DNA from: Spirochaetia bacterium
GTDB lineage: Bacteria; Spirochaetota; Spirochaetia; SP-2023
DNA: 64,000 nucleotides
Reading direction: 5' to 3'
Assembly (NCBI GenBank): GCA_965225855.1
Contig: CBDDCK010000004.1
Coordinates: forward strand, 32,001 to 96,000
Positions within the stretch are counted from its first letter, which is position 1, and each line of letters starts with the position of its first letter. The position numbers and the translations under genes are program-made. Shown here piece after piece: positions 46,953 through 58,277 of this stretch. The notes beneath the pieces were generated by a model, which was not told the origin of the DNA, did no database searches, and saw only the letters and a program-made list of their open reading frames with translations.

Positions 46953-48344
46953 TTAAAATAAGTTGGTAGGAAACATTGATATTCCTTCGATTTCCATCTG
47001 TATATCTAGTTTCTCATTGAATGCATCACTATTCACAATGCCTGCTTTGCCTATCATGAACGGGGGCACATAACGCAGAAGGGTACTGTTCCTATTATTG
47101 ATTCTTAATAGGAATGTCAGCTCTTGACTATCCTGAAAAACAAAAGTGAGTATTTGGTTGTATTTATGCTGTAGGTTTGGGCCTAGTTGATAGGGGAAAA
47201 ACAAAGTGCCCTTTCGTGGGCTACCCTTGAGTACATTTTGCTCTGTAAGCGTATCGGTGTTCGACCAAGAGAACCTGCCATCATTTTGCAAGCGAATGTT
47301 GCCATATAGCTGGGCAGAGCTCAGCTGGCTACCATATTGGAGAATGGTAGAAAGTGCGAACCTCCGCTGCTCCAAAGCTTTTTGTTTGTAATATTCCAAC
47401 TTGTCCGGAAGAACCTTCTGCAATTCAATAATGCTCTCTTTACCTTGATTGCGGAAATATAGAGAAATCTCATCGACCTGGATAAAAACAACTCGGATTT
47501 GGTTGCCATTGAAAGCTAGTTCAGCAGCTACATTAGTAACCTTGTTTACCTCATAGGGGAAGATATGGCTAGCTTGGGCTGAATGCTTTAAATACAGCTC
47601 TAACTGTTGTTTGCTTTGATTGAGGTAGAGCTGGCCTAATGGCAACATTAATAGCCGTAAGTCAATATGGCGCCCGCTCTGTAGTAACTGCGTATATTCC
47701 TTTTTGTACCAAATTCCGTTCAGGCTATTTAAGTCTACATTGAGCTCATCTCGGCTTTGTTCAAATATGGCAAGCTTTACCACCTGCTGTGCTCGTTTGG
47801 CTCGGTTTTCAATCCTCAAATAATAATCAAAAGCAAAGCCTCTAACTCCATCTTCTGTAAGAACTTCATACCAACGGCCTTCTATATTCCCTAAAACAAC
47901 ATTGGACGAAGCTTGAGCCAAAATTTTTACCGTTTGCTGGGGCCGCAAACGATACACTTGGTCGGCCTTACTTGTTGCTGCAGAACGAATGACAAGGCCA
48001 CTCGGGTGCATATTGACCGCATACCAATGTTGATATTGCATAAACTGTTGGCGGTATTCTTCTGCATTCGGTAAGTGGCGGAAAAAAGCAATCCGACTGG
48101 TAGAAATGGGATATTTTTTATTTTGAAAAGAGACTACATAGCTATCAGTAACTTTAGATCCACCTATGATTGTTATAATTTGGCCGTTATCTAATTGAGA
48201 ATTGGTTTCGCTCCAAAGTAAAACACCGTAACCTAAATGGCTAGAGCAAGATGGAAAAAGCGATAACAAAAGTATTACCTTAAAAATACAAAAGATGTTT
48301 TGGAAGGTCATTGATACAAAAAATTTACCATGCACAATCCGCAT
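46953..48344 (-). CDS. SH3-domain putative lipoprotein
   Basis: FPSC lipobox-like, LGYGVLLWS, GLVIRS...VYRLR...GRWYEVLTEDGVRGFAF (SH3b-like); start uncertain (48344 or 48311). Confidence 0.7.
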   Translation of the reverse strand: MRIVHGKFFVSMTFQNIFCIFKVILLLSLFPSCSSHLGYGVLLWSETNSQLDNGQIITIIGGSKVTDSYVVSFQNKKYPISTSRIAFFRHLPNAEEYRQQFMQYQHWYAVNMHPSGLVIRSAATSKADQVYRLRPQQTVKILAQASSNVVLGNIEGRWYEVLTEDGVRGFAFDYYLRIENRAKRAQQVVKLAIFEQSRDELNVDLNSLNGIWYKKEYTQLLQSGRHIDLRLLMLPLGQLYLNQSKQQLELYLKHSAQASHIFPYEVNKVTNVAAELAFNGNQIRVVFIQVDEISLYFRNQGKESIIELQKVLPDKLEYYKQKALEQRRFALSTILQYGSQLSSAQLYGNIRLQNDGRFSWSNTDTLTEQNVLKGSPRKGTLFFPYQLGPNLQHKYNQILTFVFQDSQELTFLLRINNRNSTLLRYVPPFMIGKAGIVNSDAFNEKLDIQMEIEGISMFPTNLF

Positions 48345-48535
48345 CTTTTCACAAAATATTTTAGACTGGCAAATAAGTCTAGTGTAATCAAATAGTTTTT
48401 CTCCATAAAATAATGAATCCAACATTCCCAACATTTTAAGGGAAGAGGGAAGCTGGAAAAAATTCCAATTCCATGCAAAAGCTTTGTAAGCAAAATTTAT
48501 TGACTCACAATAAAAATCAAATCCAAAATGGCGCA

Positions 48536-49717
48536 TCAATTTTGTTTTGGCACATCAAACATCTTCATAGTTTTGCCAGAGCTAATAAAAACAGCGATTG
48601 ATTTTAAGCCTTTGATATGATTTGCGGTAATGCGCAAAATTTCTAACATGGGAACCGCAAGAAACATGCCGATAACCCCCCATAAATATCCCCAGAACGC
48701 CAAAGAAATGAGTATCAACAGTGGGCTTAAATCCAGTTTGTCGCCTTGCAACTTAGGGTCGAGAATATTGCCAATTAAAATTTGGATTCCTGTAATAGAC
48801 AAGCCAACGATTATTGGAACATTCCATGTAGGGTAAAACTGAATGATACTGATCAGTGTAATCAATATCGTAATTGCTACGGAACCGATATTGGGAATAA
48901 AATTAAAAGCAAATGTAAAGAAGGCCCATGTTAAAGGGTTTTGCACTTGGTAAAAATTTAGCAAGAGCCAAACAAGCAAAGAAGTGAGAAAACTGATAAT
49001 AAATTTTAATTGTAAGTACTTGGAAATCTTTTTTGAAATAATGTTGATGTTTGCAATAATAGATTCATACATTTCTTGTTTTAATATGGATTTGAGCTTT
49101 AAAGATGTGTCTTTTGCTTCGCTGAGAATAAAAAAGACAAATATAAATACGAGCAAAGCCCCCGATAAAAACGTAAGAAAATTATTCGCACTGTTTAGAT
49201 AAAAGTCAAAGCTAACACTACTAAAAATGTAATCACGTATATTAAAACGCGGCTGTGTTATTTTATTTGGCAAAATATCATGATTAAAACCATTAATTGT
49301 ATTATTAAAACGAGAGATAATATCATTGATAATTTCGTTGAGCTGGTTTTCATAAGAATTAATATTACTGAAAAAATACAGTAAATTATTGAGAATAATC
49401 CAGCTAAAAAAAACCAAAATAATAGCATAGATAAAAGAAATTATGGCGGAAATAAACATTCTATTCAAATTGGTTTTCAAGACAATAAAATCAATAATCG
49501 GCAAAAGCATAAAACAAGAAAACATAGATAGAGTAATGGCGATGAAGATAAACTTGAATGTTTTTAAAATCCAAAACAACAAGATAATAAGCCCCAAGCC
49601 ATAAAACATATTTTGCAAGGGCAATTGCAAAAGCAATCTAGGGGGGATATTCTCGGTTGGCTCTTTTTCAAGAATCGTTTCGTATGGTCGCCGAAATATT
49701 TTTTTGAAACGGAACAT
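48536..49717 (-). CDS. AI-2E-family transporter
   Basis: FNFIPNIGS, GNILDPKLQGDKLDLSPL, FWGYLWGVIGMFLAVP; ATG 49717 with GAGG RBS. Confidence 0.9.
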   Translation of the reverse strand: MFRFKKIFRRPYETILEKEPTENIPPRLLLQLPLQNMFYGLGLIILLFWILKTFKFIFIAITLSMFSCFMLLPIIDFIVLKTNLNRMFISAIISFIYAIILVFFSWIILNNLLYFFSNINSYENQLNEIINDIISRFNNTINGFNHDILPNKITQPRFNIRDYIFSSVSFDFYLNSANNFLTFLSGALLVFIFVFFILSEAKDTSLKLKSILKQEMYESIIANINIISKKISKYLQLKFIISFLTSLLVWLLLNFYQVQNPLTWAFFTFAFNFIPNIGSVAITILITLISIIQFYPTWNVPIIVGLSITGIQILIGNILDPKLQGDKLDLSPLLILISLAFWGYLWGVIGMFLAVPMLEILRITANHIKGLKSIAVFISSGKTMKMFDVPKQN

Positions 49718-49748
49718 ATAATCCTCACTATTTGGGATATACGGAATT

Positions 49749-50513
49749 TTATTCTTCTGCTTGGTATATTTGAGAAATTTGCGAAACTTGCGAAAATAAA
49801 GGTAGCTGGAGAAAGAATTTCTTTTCCCTTCCCCCAGTTCGTATAAGAATATCCAAACCATCATTATTAGGCTTGTTTTTTGTATTGTTTAGCATTTCTT
49901 TATAAGGAATTAAAAAAAGTGCATAGCTGACAGGAGAACCCATTTTTGGCATAGGGCGTTCTTCTTGCAAAAGTAACAGCCCACGGTGTTTGATTTCAAT
50001 TTGAAACTCCTCTTTTAGTTTGCCTTGCTCGCTTTTTTGGGCTTGTTGCTGGGTTTGAGTCAGTCGTTCAATTTTGGCAACAACATTGATCATGAGAGCT
50101 TTTTTGTCAAAACTTTGCTTCAAACTAAAACGATAACCATTTAATTTGCCACTGGTTTGCAGTCTGCGCAGTGAAGGATAAATCACACCGAGGATAACAA
50201 TAAACAAAACAATGTCTGCCAAAATAATGAAGCGCATCCGCTTTTGCATGATTTTTCTATTTACCATATCCGCAAGGCGCGGCTTGGCAAGGCGCACGCG
50301 CTCTTCTTTAGAACTAAAAAATTCTGGTTTATTATTCAGCAATGGCTTGCTATAGGGATATTGCCGGATAAAATATTCCTCTTCCAATATTTGTTCGTCC
50401 AAAGTGGCCGTAATTTTTGTATCTTCAGGATGTAAAATATTTTTTATATCCATATCGTTTAAAGTGTCTTCTTGAAAAATACTTTGTTTTTGTTCTATTT
50501 TATTGTCATTCAT
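49749..50513 (-). CDS. Hypothetical single-pass membrane protein
   Basis: 254-aa ORF with one hydrophobic segment, operon-like spacing. Confidence 0.65.
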   Translation of the reverse strand: MNDNKIEQKQSIFQEDTLNDMDIKNILHPEDTKITATLDEQILEEEYFIRQYPYSKPLLNNKPEFFSSKEERVRLAKPRLADMVNRKIMQKRMRFIILADIVLFIVILGVIYPSLRRLQTSGKLNGYRFSLKQSFDKKALMINVVAKIERLTQTQQQAQKSEQGKLKEEFQIEIKHRGLLLLQEERPMPKMGSPVSYALFLIPYKEMLNNTKNKPNNDGLDILIRTGGREKKFFLQLPLFSQVSQISQIYQAEE

Positions 50514-50522
50514 GTATAAAAT

Positions 50523-51716
50523 CTAAAAAGATAATACTTTATCCAGTAATTGATCGGTACGCCACCAAGTAACAACCACTTCGTCTTCGTAAAAATTTAG
50601 TGCACTAACTAGGCCATTGGGAGCAAGGTAGAGTTTGTATGGTATATTCGGTTCAGTATCAATAAAAACAGTGTATTGCTGCCTCCCTTTATCATTGCGA
50701 TAGACCAAAGCATTTTGACCATTTGAGTAGGTTTTCAGAAAAACTAAAAAATCATTACTCGTAATGCCCATCAATTGTTCGCCATAAATCTGGCGTATTT
50801 CCGCATTCTCTGAACTAAAATCTCTTACTGTAAAATGTTTTTTTAAAATTTGAGAATTGCGCTCAGTTTGAATACTATAAATATCATATTTATTGGATTT
50901 TATCTCTCTTGTTTTGGAAGTTGCATCGTTGATTTTTGCGATATAACTATACAATTCAAAAAATAACAATTTGCCATCGTAAGAAAAATTTGGGCTCATA
51001 ATTTCAAAAAACATATCTCTTTGTTTTCTATTTTGGTTTTGAAAAAATTTATCCTGCAAAATGGTTTGGCGAACTGATAGCTGAAAACGATTAATCAATA
51101 TACCATCACCAGAAAATTGGTAAATTTGATACATTTCTGGACCGCGTAAAATAACAAAAAGATTATTTTGGCTATCTATAAACAATTTGGTAATTTGATA
51201 GTGAAAATATTGCCCACCGATACCCTCTTTGCCAATCCAGTAGAGGAATTTCCCTTTTTTGTCAAAAGTTAAAATAACTTGGGCGTACAAACTATTGAGC
51301 TCTGCTACATTTTGATCGATGGTTGAAGTTACATAAAGCTTATCCATGTTTGCTGCTATTTCTGAAATTTCGCCAAATGGATATGTTCTATCCAGATATT
51401 TTGGATTTCCTTGATCGCTATCATAACGGTATTCAGGATTATAAATAATATAGCTCAATTTGCCATAATTCGTGTAATGAAAAATCTTGCGAGATAAGTG
51501 GTCAGCAATAAAATAACTACCCAATGGGGTTAATGTAAAACTATTATTGTCATTATATAGAAAATTATTTATAGAAAATAAATTTATTTCTTTGCGCATC
51601 ATACCTATTGGAATGCTAAAGATTCTTTCGGAATTGAAATTCGCTGTTTGCGCGCGACAGCTAAGCAAAAAAATACAAAATACAATGAGAAGGATATATC
51701 GGTTTACAAAAAGCAT
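50523..51716 (-). CDS. Putative lipoprotein, beta-propeller-like
   Basis: LLSC lipobox, IGKEGIGG, C-terminal WWRTD. Confidence 0.7.
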   Translation of the reverse strand: MLFVNRYILLIVFCIFLLSCRAQTANFNSERIFSIPIGMMRKEINLFSINNFLYNDNNSFTLTPLGSYFIADHLSRKIFHYTNYGKLSYIIYNPEYRYDSDQGNPKYLDRTYPFGEISEIAANMDKLYVTSTIDQNVAELNSLYAQVILTFDKKGKFLYWIGKEGIGGQYFHYQITKLFIDSQNNLFVILRGPEMYQIYQFSGDGILINRFQLSVRQTILQDKFFQNQNRKQRDMFFEIMSPNFSYDGKLLFFELYSYIAKINDATSKTREIKSNKYDIYSIQTERNSQILKKHFTVRDFSSENAEIRQIYGEQLMGITSNDFLVFLKTYSNGQNALVYRNDKGRQQYTVFIDTEPNIPYKLYLAPNGLVSALNFYEDEVVVTWWRTDQLLDKVLSF

Positions 51717-51746
51717 AATGATATTTGTACTATTTCCATAAATTCT

Positions 51747-52520
51747 TTATTTTTTAGAGGCTTCGCGCGTATCAACCAAAAGCCTGGTAAAGGCTTCATC
51801 TTGTTTTTTATAAAATTCTATGTCAAAAAAATCATGGCCAGTAACAAAGCCGAGTTCAACAATGGCACGGGTAATCCGAATTGCATTTTCTAAACATGCT
51901 AAAGATCGGTTTTGGGCAAAAAATTTCTGCTGCTTTGCTATCTGATCGTCAGCATAATGGTGAAATATTGTTAGTTGTTCGCGCCTGAGGTTAGATATAT
52001 AATTATTGACGCCAAGCTGTGGGCGCAAATTTTTACACAAAATACTATTGCGAAGGATCGCTGTAAATTGGTATTCATAATTCAGAATAATGAGATAACT
52101 GCTGCTTTTTTGGGCATAATTGGCAAACGAACTCAACGCTAAACCCAAGGCACGTATATCAATAAGCCAACTTTCTTCGTGCTTCAAATCTATAAGTTCT
52201 ATTTGTTTTGTTACATCTTGCATGGGGTAGGGTATTTTCGGCAAAAATAATTTTTGGTAAATGTCAATAATTTTAGCAAATTTATTGCGAAAAATCGTGA
52301 TCTGCTTTTCCACCAATTTTATTTGCAAAGACATTTGAATTTTTACAATCTGCACTTCATATAGTATCTGGTTTATACGAAAATGGGCCGCTAGTAATAG
52401 TGCCGAAATTTCTTCACTTTTTTCTGCAGCCGCAATCTTTTTATTTAGCTCTTTGCATTGTTCTATATATTTTGTGCAATGGATACTAATAATTTGGTTA
52501 TCAACGATAATATCAGACAT
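51747..52520 (-). CDS. Hypothetical protein
   Basis: 257-aa ORF in a co-oriented run. Confidence 0.6.
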   Translation of the reverse strand: MSDIIVDNQIISIHCTKYIEQCKELNKKIAAAEKSEEISALLLAAHFRINQILYEVQIVKIQMSLQIKLVEKQITIFRNKFAKIIDIYQKLFLPKIPYPMQDVTKQIELIDLKHEESWLIDIRALGLALSSFANYAQKSSSYLIILNYEYQFTAILRNSILCKNLRPQLGVNNYISNLRREQLTIFHHYADDQIAKQQKFFAQNRSLACLENAIRITRAIVELGFVTGHDFFDIEFYKKQDEAFTRLLVDTREASKK

Positions 52521-52651
52521 ATAAGACTGCCAAGTAAATAGAGTAGAAAAATCAATTTAAATATTGCTTTTATAGTATATAATAAAAGCACCAAAAATAA
52601 AAGTGCCAAACGGCTATTGTATTAAACAAACCAATTGTAACATATAAAGAC

Positions 52652-54355
52652 TTATAAATATCGGTTTAAAAGTTGTTCAGCATGCGCTAAAGATACAGGA
52701 TTTTTTGTATCTCCAGAGAGCATGCGCGCTAATTCTGCAGGCCGTTTTTCTGGAGTTAATTCATAAATACTTATCTTCGTATTATTTGTATCGTATAATT
52801 TATCAATTTTGATGTGGGTACTGGCACTGGCTGCAATGGAAGCCAAATGGGTTACACAGAGTATTTGTTTATGCTGGCTCAATTGGTGAATATGTTGGGC
52901 CAATTTGCTACCCGTTTCTCCACCAATACCCGTATCAATTTCGTCAAAAATGATCGATTCGATACTGCTATTACCAGCCCTTTGAGCTGGTTCACTTTTT
53001 ATCGCCAGCATGATGCGAGATATTTCGCCACCAGAAGCAACTTGCTGTACTTCATGAAAATTTTCTCCGGAATTGGCAGCTAGCATAAATCGAGCTTTGT
53101 CAATGCCATAACTCTGGCATAAAATATGGCCATTTTCGTTACTTCGGTGCGATAATTCAATCTGAAATTTTGCCTGCCCCATACCCAAATTATGAAGATT
53201 TTCTTCAATACGCTGCGAAAGCATTGCTGCGTATTTTTTGCGCTGCTGGCTCAAAAATTGTGCTTCCTGCATGAGTTGCTTTTCCCAAGTCTGAAGTTGT
53301 TCTTTTTGTTGAACAATAAAATCTCCGCTATTTTCCAAGGAAGTCAGTTTATTTGCTGCTTCACGGCCAAATTGAACCGCTTCATTCAGTGAAGAATTGC
53401 CATATTTACGGCTCAAGAGAATGAGTTTGCTCAAACGCTGATCAAGCTGTTGCAATTGTTCTGGATTAACTTGCAGCTTATTTTTTTCTTCTTTACAGCT
53501 ATCTAATATATCTTCAATTTCAATATAAGCGGACTGAAGCCGAGGCAGCAATTCAGCAACAGAGCCCAATTTTTTTGCCAAAGAAGTCAGTTGCGACTGG
53601 CTGCGATCGAGTAAAATCAATGCCTCTCGGCCGACTTTGATAAATTGATCAAATTGCTGCAGGAGGCTTTCGGCATTGCTAAGCAGCTCAATTTGCTCAC
53701 TAAGATTTTGATCTTCATTTTCTTGTGGCTTTAGTTCTTCCATTTCTTCAATTGCTTTACGCAAATAAGCAATTTGTTCTTGCTCTTTACCGGCCATTAG
53801 CTCCGCGTCAGCCAATTCTTTTTTCTTTTGATTGAGCTCTTGAAAGGTTTTGCCAAATTGTTCCACCCGAGAATTCAATTGCGCATAATTGTCCAACAAC
53901 CGCAATTGCTGGCGACTATGGTATAGAGATTGGTTTTGGTGTTGCCCGTGTAAATCAAAAAGCAAAGCCATAAATTCTGCCAATTTATTCCTTGCCATAG
54001 GAATATGTTGGATATAGCAAGAATTTTTGCCATTGTCCTTCAAAATGCGCCGCACTGTCAATTCTGAAGCTTCGTTTGGAATTTCACTTTCTAACGGAAT
54101 TTCATAACTTTTCAACCAATCGTTGGCTTCTCTATTTTTTGCTTCGATGCTCAAAAGCCCAATAACTTCAGCTTCACTGCACCCTTTGCGGACAAAAGCA
54201 CTATCCCCTTTATGGCCTAAAATTAGACCTATAGCACCCACGAGCAAAGATTTACCTGCACCAGTCTCACCGGTGAAGACATTAAACCTAGGTCCCAATT
54301 GAACACAAACATTTTCAAAAAGGGCGTAGTTGCGAATATGAAGCTCTTTTAACAT
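52652..54355 (-). CDS. recN: DNA repair protein RecN
   Basis: TGETGAGKS, DLHGQHQ, coiled coil, ASGGEISRIMLA, IFDEIDTGIGG, VTHL, ELARML. Confidence 0.96.
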   Translation of the reverse strand: MLKELHIRNYALFENVCVQLGPRFNVFTGETGAGKSLLVGAIGLILGHKGDSAFVRKGCSEAEVIGLLSIEAKNREANDWLKSYEIPLESEIPNEASELTVRRILKDNGKNSCYIQHIPMARNKLAEFMALLFDLHGQHQNQSLYHSRQQLRLLDNYAQLNSRVEQFGKTFQELNQKKKELADAELMAGKEQEQIAYLRKAIEEMEELKPQENEDQNLSEQIELLSNAESLLQQFDQFIKVGREALILLDRSQSQLTSLAKKLGSVAELLPRLQSAYIEIEDILDSCKEEKNKLQVNPEQLQQLDQRLSKLILLSRKYGNSSLNEAVQFGREAANKLTSLENSGDFIVQQKEQLQTWEKQLMQEAQFLSQQRKKYAAMLSQRIEENLHNLGMGQAKFQIELSHRSNENGHILCQSYGIDKARFMLAANSGENFHEVQQVASGGEISRIMLAIKSEPAQRAGNSSIESIIFDEIDTGIGGETGSKLAQHIHQLSQHKQILCVTHLASIAASASTHIKIDKLYDTNNTKISIYELTPEKRPAELARMLSGDTKNPVSLAHAEQLLNRYL

Positions 54356-54382
54356 AGGAAGTCCCCAATCTTATACAAAAAG

Positions 54383-55570
54383 TTAGCAACGGAGTACACT
54401 GTGCCAACCTAGTTTCGTACGGATATTCTCAAAATAACTATTGTTGTGCGACATAGCTAGAAACTGAATGCGTTCTTCACTGCTTGTAATGTAGACACTT
54501 TCTCCGGGATAAAGTTCCCCTAGTGGCCAACCATCTATCGCTACAGAAAGAGGATAGGTACTTCGGTCATAGAGCTCTTGAGTATATTTTTCTGTCGTTT
54601 GCGTTTTCTGCTCTTTAGGTATGTTGTAAGGCATAGGATTGGGCATAGATTTGACGATAGGCCCTGGAGGTGTAATAGCTGAATTGCGTATAAACAAGTA
54701 GACATCGCTAGGCACCACCACGGGCCGGGTGGCCAATGAAAAAGGAGAAACAGAAGTAATAATTAGCGCATCCATTTCCGCATCAACAATGGGACCACCG
54801 GCAGCCAGAGAATATGCGGTGGAACCCGTAGGCGTTGCCACAATAATTCCATCACCTTGAATGGGAATACTAGAATTGCCAACTTGTAGTTCAATGTCGG
54901 CCACCAAGCCAGCACGATAGGTAGAAATAGCTACTTCATTGAGGGCAAAAAGGCTTCGGTGATGCTTAGGATTTTGATAGGCATCTAATGTCCATGCTTT
55001 CAACATCATTCGAGAACTGTAGACAAAGGCCCCAGAAAAAATGCTTGCCATAGAAGCTTTCATATTGTGAAAGGAAATACTGGTAATATAGCCAAGCGTA
55101 CCGGTGTTGATCGGCAAAATGGGAATTTGGCGGAACGGGGAATAACAAAGGTATTTTAGTACCGTACCATCGCCACCAATCGTAATAACCAAATCAAAAA
55201 TTTCTTGAATATTTATACCGAACAAAAGTTCATCAAGATGCTGCTCATAATATTCTGAAGGCTGAGATTGTAAAGGGATATGTAGGTAATGGGCAATATA
55301 TTCGAGCAAATGCGCACGTGAAGGCGCAAATTCGCTATACACCAAAGACTCAATACCTTTGCTTTTTAAGATGGATAAAAGCTCTTTTAAGCAAGAGTAT
55401 GTTTTGGCTTTACTAGGATTTGCGTAAATGAATACACGGCGGATAATTTTGTTTGTGCCCTTATCGACAATACAAAAATGGTTTTCATTAGCAGGCTCCA
55501 GCGGAAATAATGTAGGTTCTTGAGGCTGGCTAAATTCTGTAAATAAAATATTTTGTTCGGTTTTTGACAT
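54383..55570 (-). CDS. nadK: NAD(+) kinase
   Basis: IGGDGT, GTLGY, LNE, GDGIIVATPTGSTAYSLAAGGP; upstream of recN. Confidence 0.93.
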   Translation of the reverse strand: MSKTEQNILFTEFSQPQEPTLFPLEPANENHFCIVDKGTNKIIRRVFIYANPSKAKTYSCLKELLSILKSKGIESLVYSEFAPSRAHLLEYIAHYLHIPLQSQPSEYYEQHLDELLFGINIQEIFDLVITIGGDGTVLKYLCYSPFRQIPILPINTGTLGYITSISFHNMKASMASIFSGAFVYSSRMMLKAWTLDAYQNPKHHRSLFALNEVAISTYRAGLVADIELQVGNSSIPIQGDGIIVATPTGSTAYSLAAGGPIVDAEMDALIITSVSPFSLATRPVVVPSDVYLFIRNSAITPPGPIVKSMPNPMPYNIPKEQKTQTTEKYTQELYDRSTYPLSVAIDGWPLGELYPGESVYITSSEERIQFLAMSHNNSYFENIRTKLGWHSVLRC

Positions 55571-55658
55571 TATACCAATGAGTTTGCTACTTGTAAATTC
55601 TTTCTACAGTAATACTATTTAAGCGATGCAACCAAGCTTTTTGTAAAGAGCACTTGTA

Positions 55659-57086
55659 GTGGAATCTACCCTATCATACAAGTATACTGCTGCTATGACT
55701 ATTCCTTTATTAGCATCTATTTCTTTTATTTCCCTTATACCGCATGAAAGCCAATTGTCTAAAAAGATTCAGCCCCAAATGGAAATCACAGAATTTGCAA
55801 TTTACAATGCGAAGCAGTACCAAAACTTTTTCGCAGCTAAAGCGTCTTTCGGCTCTACTTCATTTTTACAATCGGCTTTTTGGGGCCAATTTAAAAGTAA
55901 ACAAGGCTGGAGGCCGCATTATTTTTATGGCAAGATACACGAAAGCAAAAACTTTGAATATAAAGAAGAATATGAATTCGCATTTTTAGTGTTAAGCCGT
56001 TCTTTATTACCCAAAGCACTTCCTGCATTGTTTTCTATTGCTTATATTCCTTTTGGTCCTATATTTTCACACCCGCAAAATGCTTCCTGCGAATTTTCAA
56101 AACTAGTTGAATCATGGAATCCTTTTGCCGATAGTCAGCAGTATTTTACTATATGCCGACTAATTGGGCAAAAATTATTGGGCTATATTCCTCTTTCTTG
56201 TTTTTTTATTCGCTTGGATAGCAATTATTTATTGCGTTGGCAGCCCGCTTTGCCAAGCCGAGCCCATGCCGCAGAGGCCAAAGAGCAAGCAGAGGTACCG
56301 AAAAAATCGCAAACAAAGTTAGACACAGAACAACCAATGGGGCAGGAATTTGGTTTTTGCCGGGCCATTCAGCGAGTCCAAGTTCCCACTACCGTATTGC
56401 TGGAAATCCATTGCAGTGAAGAGCAATTATTATCGCAGATGCATAAAAAACATCGCTACAATATTCGCCTAGCGCAAAAAAAAGGGGTAGAAATCCATTG
56501 CATTGCTGCTTGGGGAAATGGGCAAGATGAGCAAAATTGGCAAGAAAGTTTGGAAGAATGGTACCGTCTTTACCAAATTACTGCCGAGCGAGATCAAATT
56601 GGTATTCATAAATTTTCTTATTACCGAAGTTTGTTTGAGCAACAACGCGAAGATGCTCAATTATTTTTGTATTTGGCCTACAGCCGGCAAAATGCTAGAT
56701 CACAAGATGTAGAAGAAACGGCTAGACAAATTTTGGCTGGTATTATTGTATTGCACTGTGGGCAAACAGCCACATATTTATACGGGGCTTCTGCCAATGA
56801 ACATCGCAAGCTAATGCCCAATTATTTACTGCAATGGCAGGCCATTTGCCAAGCGCGCACGGCGGGGCTGCAATACTATGATTTTTTTGGTATACCAGCC
56901 CATGCTGACCCGAAAGACCCTTTGCATGGGCTGTATCGTTTTAAAGTGGGTTTTGGTGGCTATTTAATTCAGCGCAGCGGAGCGTGGGATTTAGCTTACA
57001 GCAAGGTTTTTTATGGCCTGTACCGCTTATTGGAAAAAATCCGTTTGCTGCTTTATCATTTGCGCCACCGTGGCCATCGTAGGTAA
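55659..57086 (+). CDS. FemAB/FemX-family peptidoglycan peptidyltransferase
   Basis: FLQSAFWGQFK, YIPFGP, KHRYNIRLAQKKGV, YLYGAS, YDFFG, GLYRFKVGFGG; true start possibly ATG 55779. Confidence 0.9.
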   Translation: MESTLSYKYTAAMTIPLLASISFISLIPHESQLSKKIQPQMEITEFAIYNAKQYQNFFAAKASFGSTSFLQSAFWGQFKSKQGWRPHYFYGKIHESKNFEYKEEYEFAFLVLSRSLLPKALPALFSIAYIPFGPIFSHPQNASCEFSKLVESWNPFADSQQYFTICRLIGQKLLGYIPLSCFFIRLDSNYLLRWQPALPSRAHAAEAKEQAEVPKKSQTKLDTEQPMGQEFGFCRAIQRVQVPTTVLLEIHCSEEQLLSQMHKKHRYNIRLAQKKGVEIHCIAAWGNGQDEQNWQESLEEWYRLYQITAERDQIGIHKFSYYRSLFEQQREDAQLFLYLAYSRQNARSQDVEETARQILAGIIVLHCGQTATYLYGASANEHRKLMPNYLLQWQAICQARTAGLQYYDFFGIPAHADPKDPLHGLYRFKVGFGGYLIQRSGAWDLAYSKVFYGLYRLLEKIRLLLYHLRHRGHRR

Positions 57087-57452
57087 GTAAATAACGGCTA
57101 AAAAATTCTAGGCAATCTTGACCTTTTGTTTTTCAATCCCCAAGAATCTCCCTAAGAAAAGCTACTGAAAGGAAAATTATGGCTAAAATACTGTCAATTT
57201 AGATTTGGACAGGGTCTAAAATATAATTTATGGATTGCTATCAAGTTTGTTTAAGTATAGATACGGAAAAGTAACAATTATGGATTGGGTAATTCCATTA
57301 GATAAGCCCATGGCTAAGGAATTAGTTAAAATACTTTAAGAGTTTATTGCTAAGACTTAGAAAATGAATAGACAGTAGAGAAACAACCTTTAGCCAGCCA
57401 TAGCTATTGCCAGCCATAGCCTTTTACAATACACTCCCTATAAATAAAGGGT

Positions 57453-58169
57453 ATGATAATGGCTAAAATATGCGGGGTTCTGGCAATGCAAGGTGATTAT
57501 GCCAAACATTGCGAGGCTCTATCACATTGCGGTGTAGAAAGCTTGGAAGTACGCAATCTAGCAGATTTGCGCCGCTGTGAACGCTTGATTATACCGGGAG
57601 GTGAAAGCACCACCATCTACCGCTTGCTAAGCAAACAAGGCCTATGTCAGCCATTGTTGGAACGGGTGCAAGCGGGCATGCCGATGTTTGGAACATGTGC
57701 TGGCATGATACTACTTTCGCGCAATATTATCGCTAGCGGACAGGCATTCCAATATACCGACCAGCCTACTTTAGCTGTTATGGACTTGACCATACAGCGC
57801 AATGCCTATGGCCCTCAAATCGCTAGTTTTTGCACCGAACTAAGCCTAGCAGAACAAGGTTTAGAAAGCCCTTTGTTCCAGCGCTTTCTACAAAAGAGAC
57901 CAGAGCAGACAACGCTACCTTTAGTGTTTATTCGCGCTCCTATTGTGCTTAGCTGGGGTACTAGTGTACAAGTGTTATTGCGCTGCCCTCCTCCAAAGCA
58001 ACTTTGGCGACTTTGGCCACTTTGGCAATCAAGGCAAGATAGCCAAGCTCCAAACTCTGCACAAGCTCACCAAGCAGTATGCTTTCAGCAAAACAATATA
58101 CTGGCTTGTAGCTTCCACCCTGAATTAGAGCACAATACCCTGTTACATGAATACTTTTTAAGTTTGTGA
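57453..58169 (+). CDS. pdxT: Pyridoxal 5'-phosphate synthase glutaminase subunit
   Basis: GVLAMQG, PGGEST, GTCAG, RNAYG, FIRAP, FHPE. Confidence 0.93.
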   Translation: MIMAKICGVLAMQGDYAKHCEALSHCGVESLEVRNLADLRRCERLIIPGGESTTIYRLLSKQGLCQPLLERVQAGMPMFGTCAGMILLSRNIIASGQAFQYTDQPTLAVMDLTIQRNAYGPQIASFCTELSLAEQGLESPLFQRFLQKRPEQTTLPLVFIRAPIVLSWGTSVQVLLRCPPPKQLWRLWPLWQSRQDSQAPNSAQAHQAVCFQQNNILACSFHPELEHNTLLHEYFLSL

Positions 58170-58277
58170 AACTGGTACAAATTAGACTATACCCAGGCTG
58201 TAATTGGCAAAAGCAGCCTTGATAAAAAACTTACCAAGGCTGCAATTGGCCAATGCAAGCGTTGCAACAACCAAACC

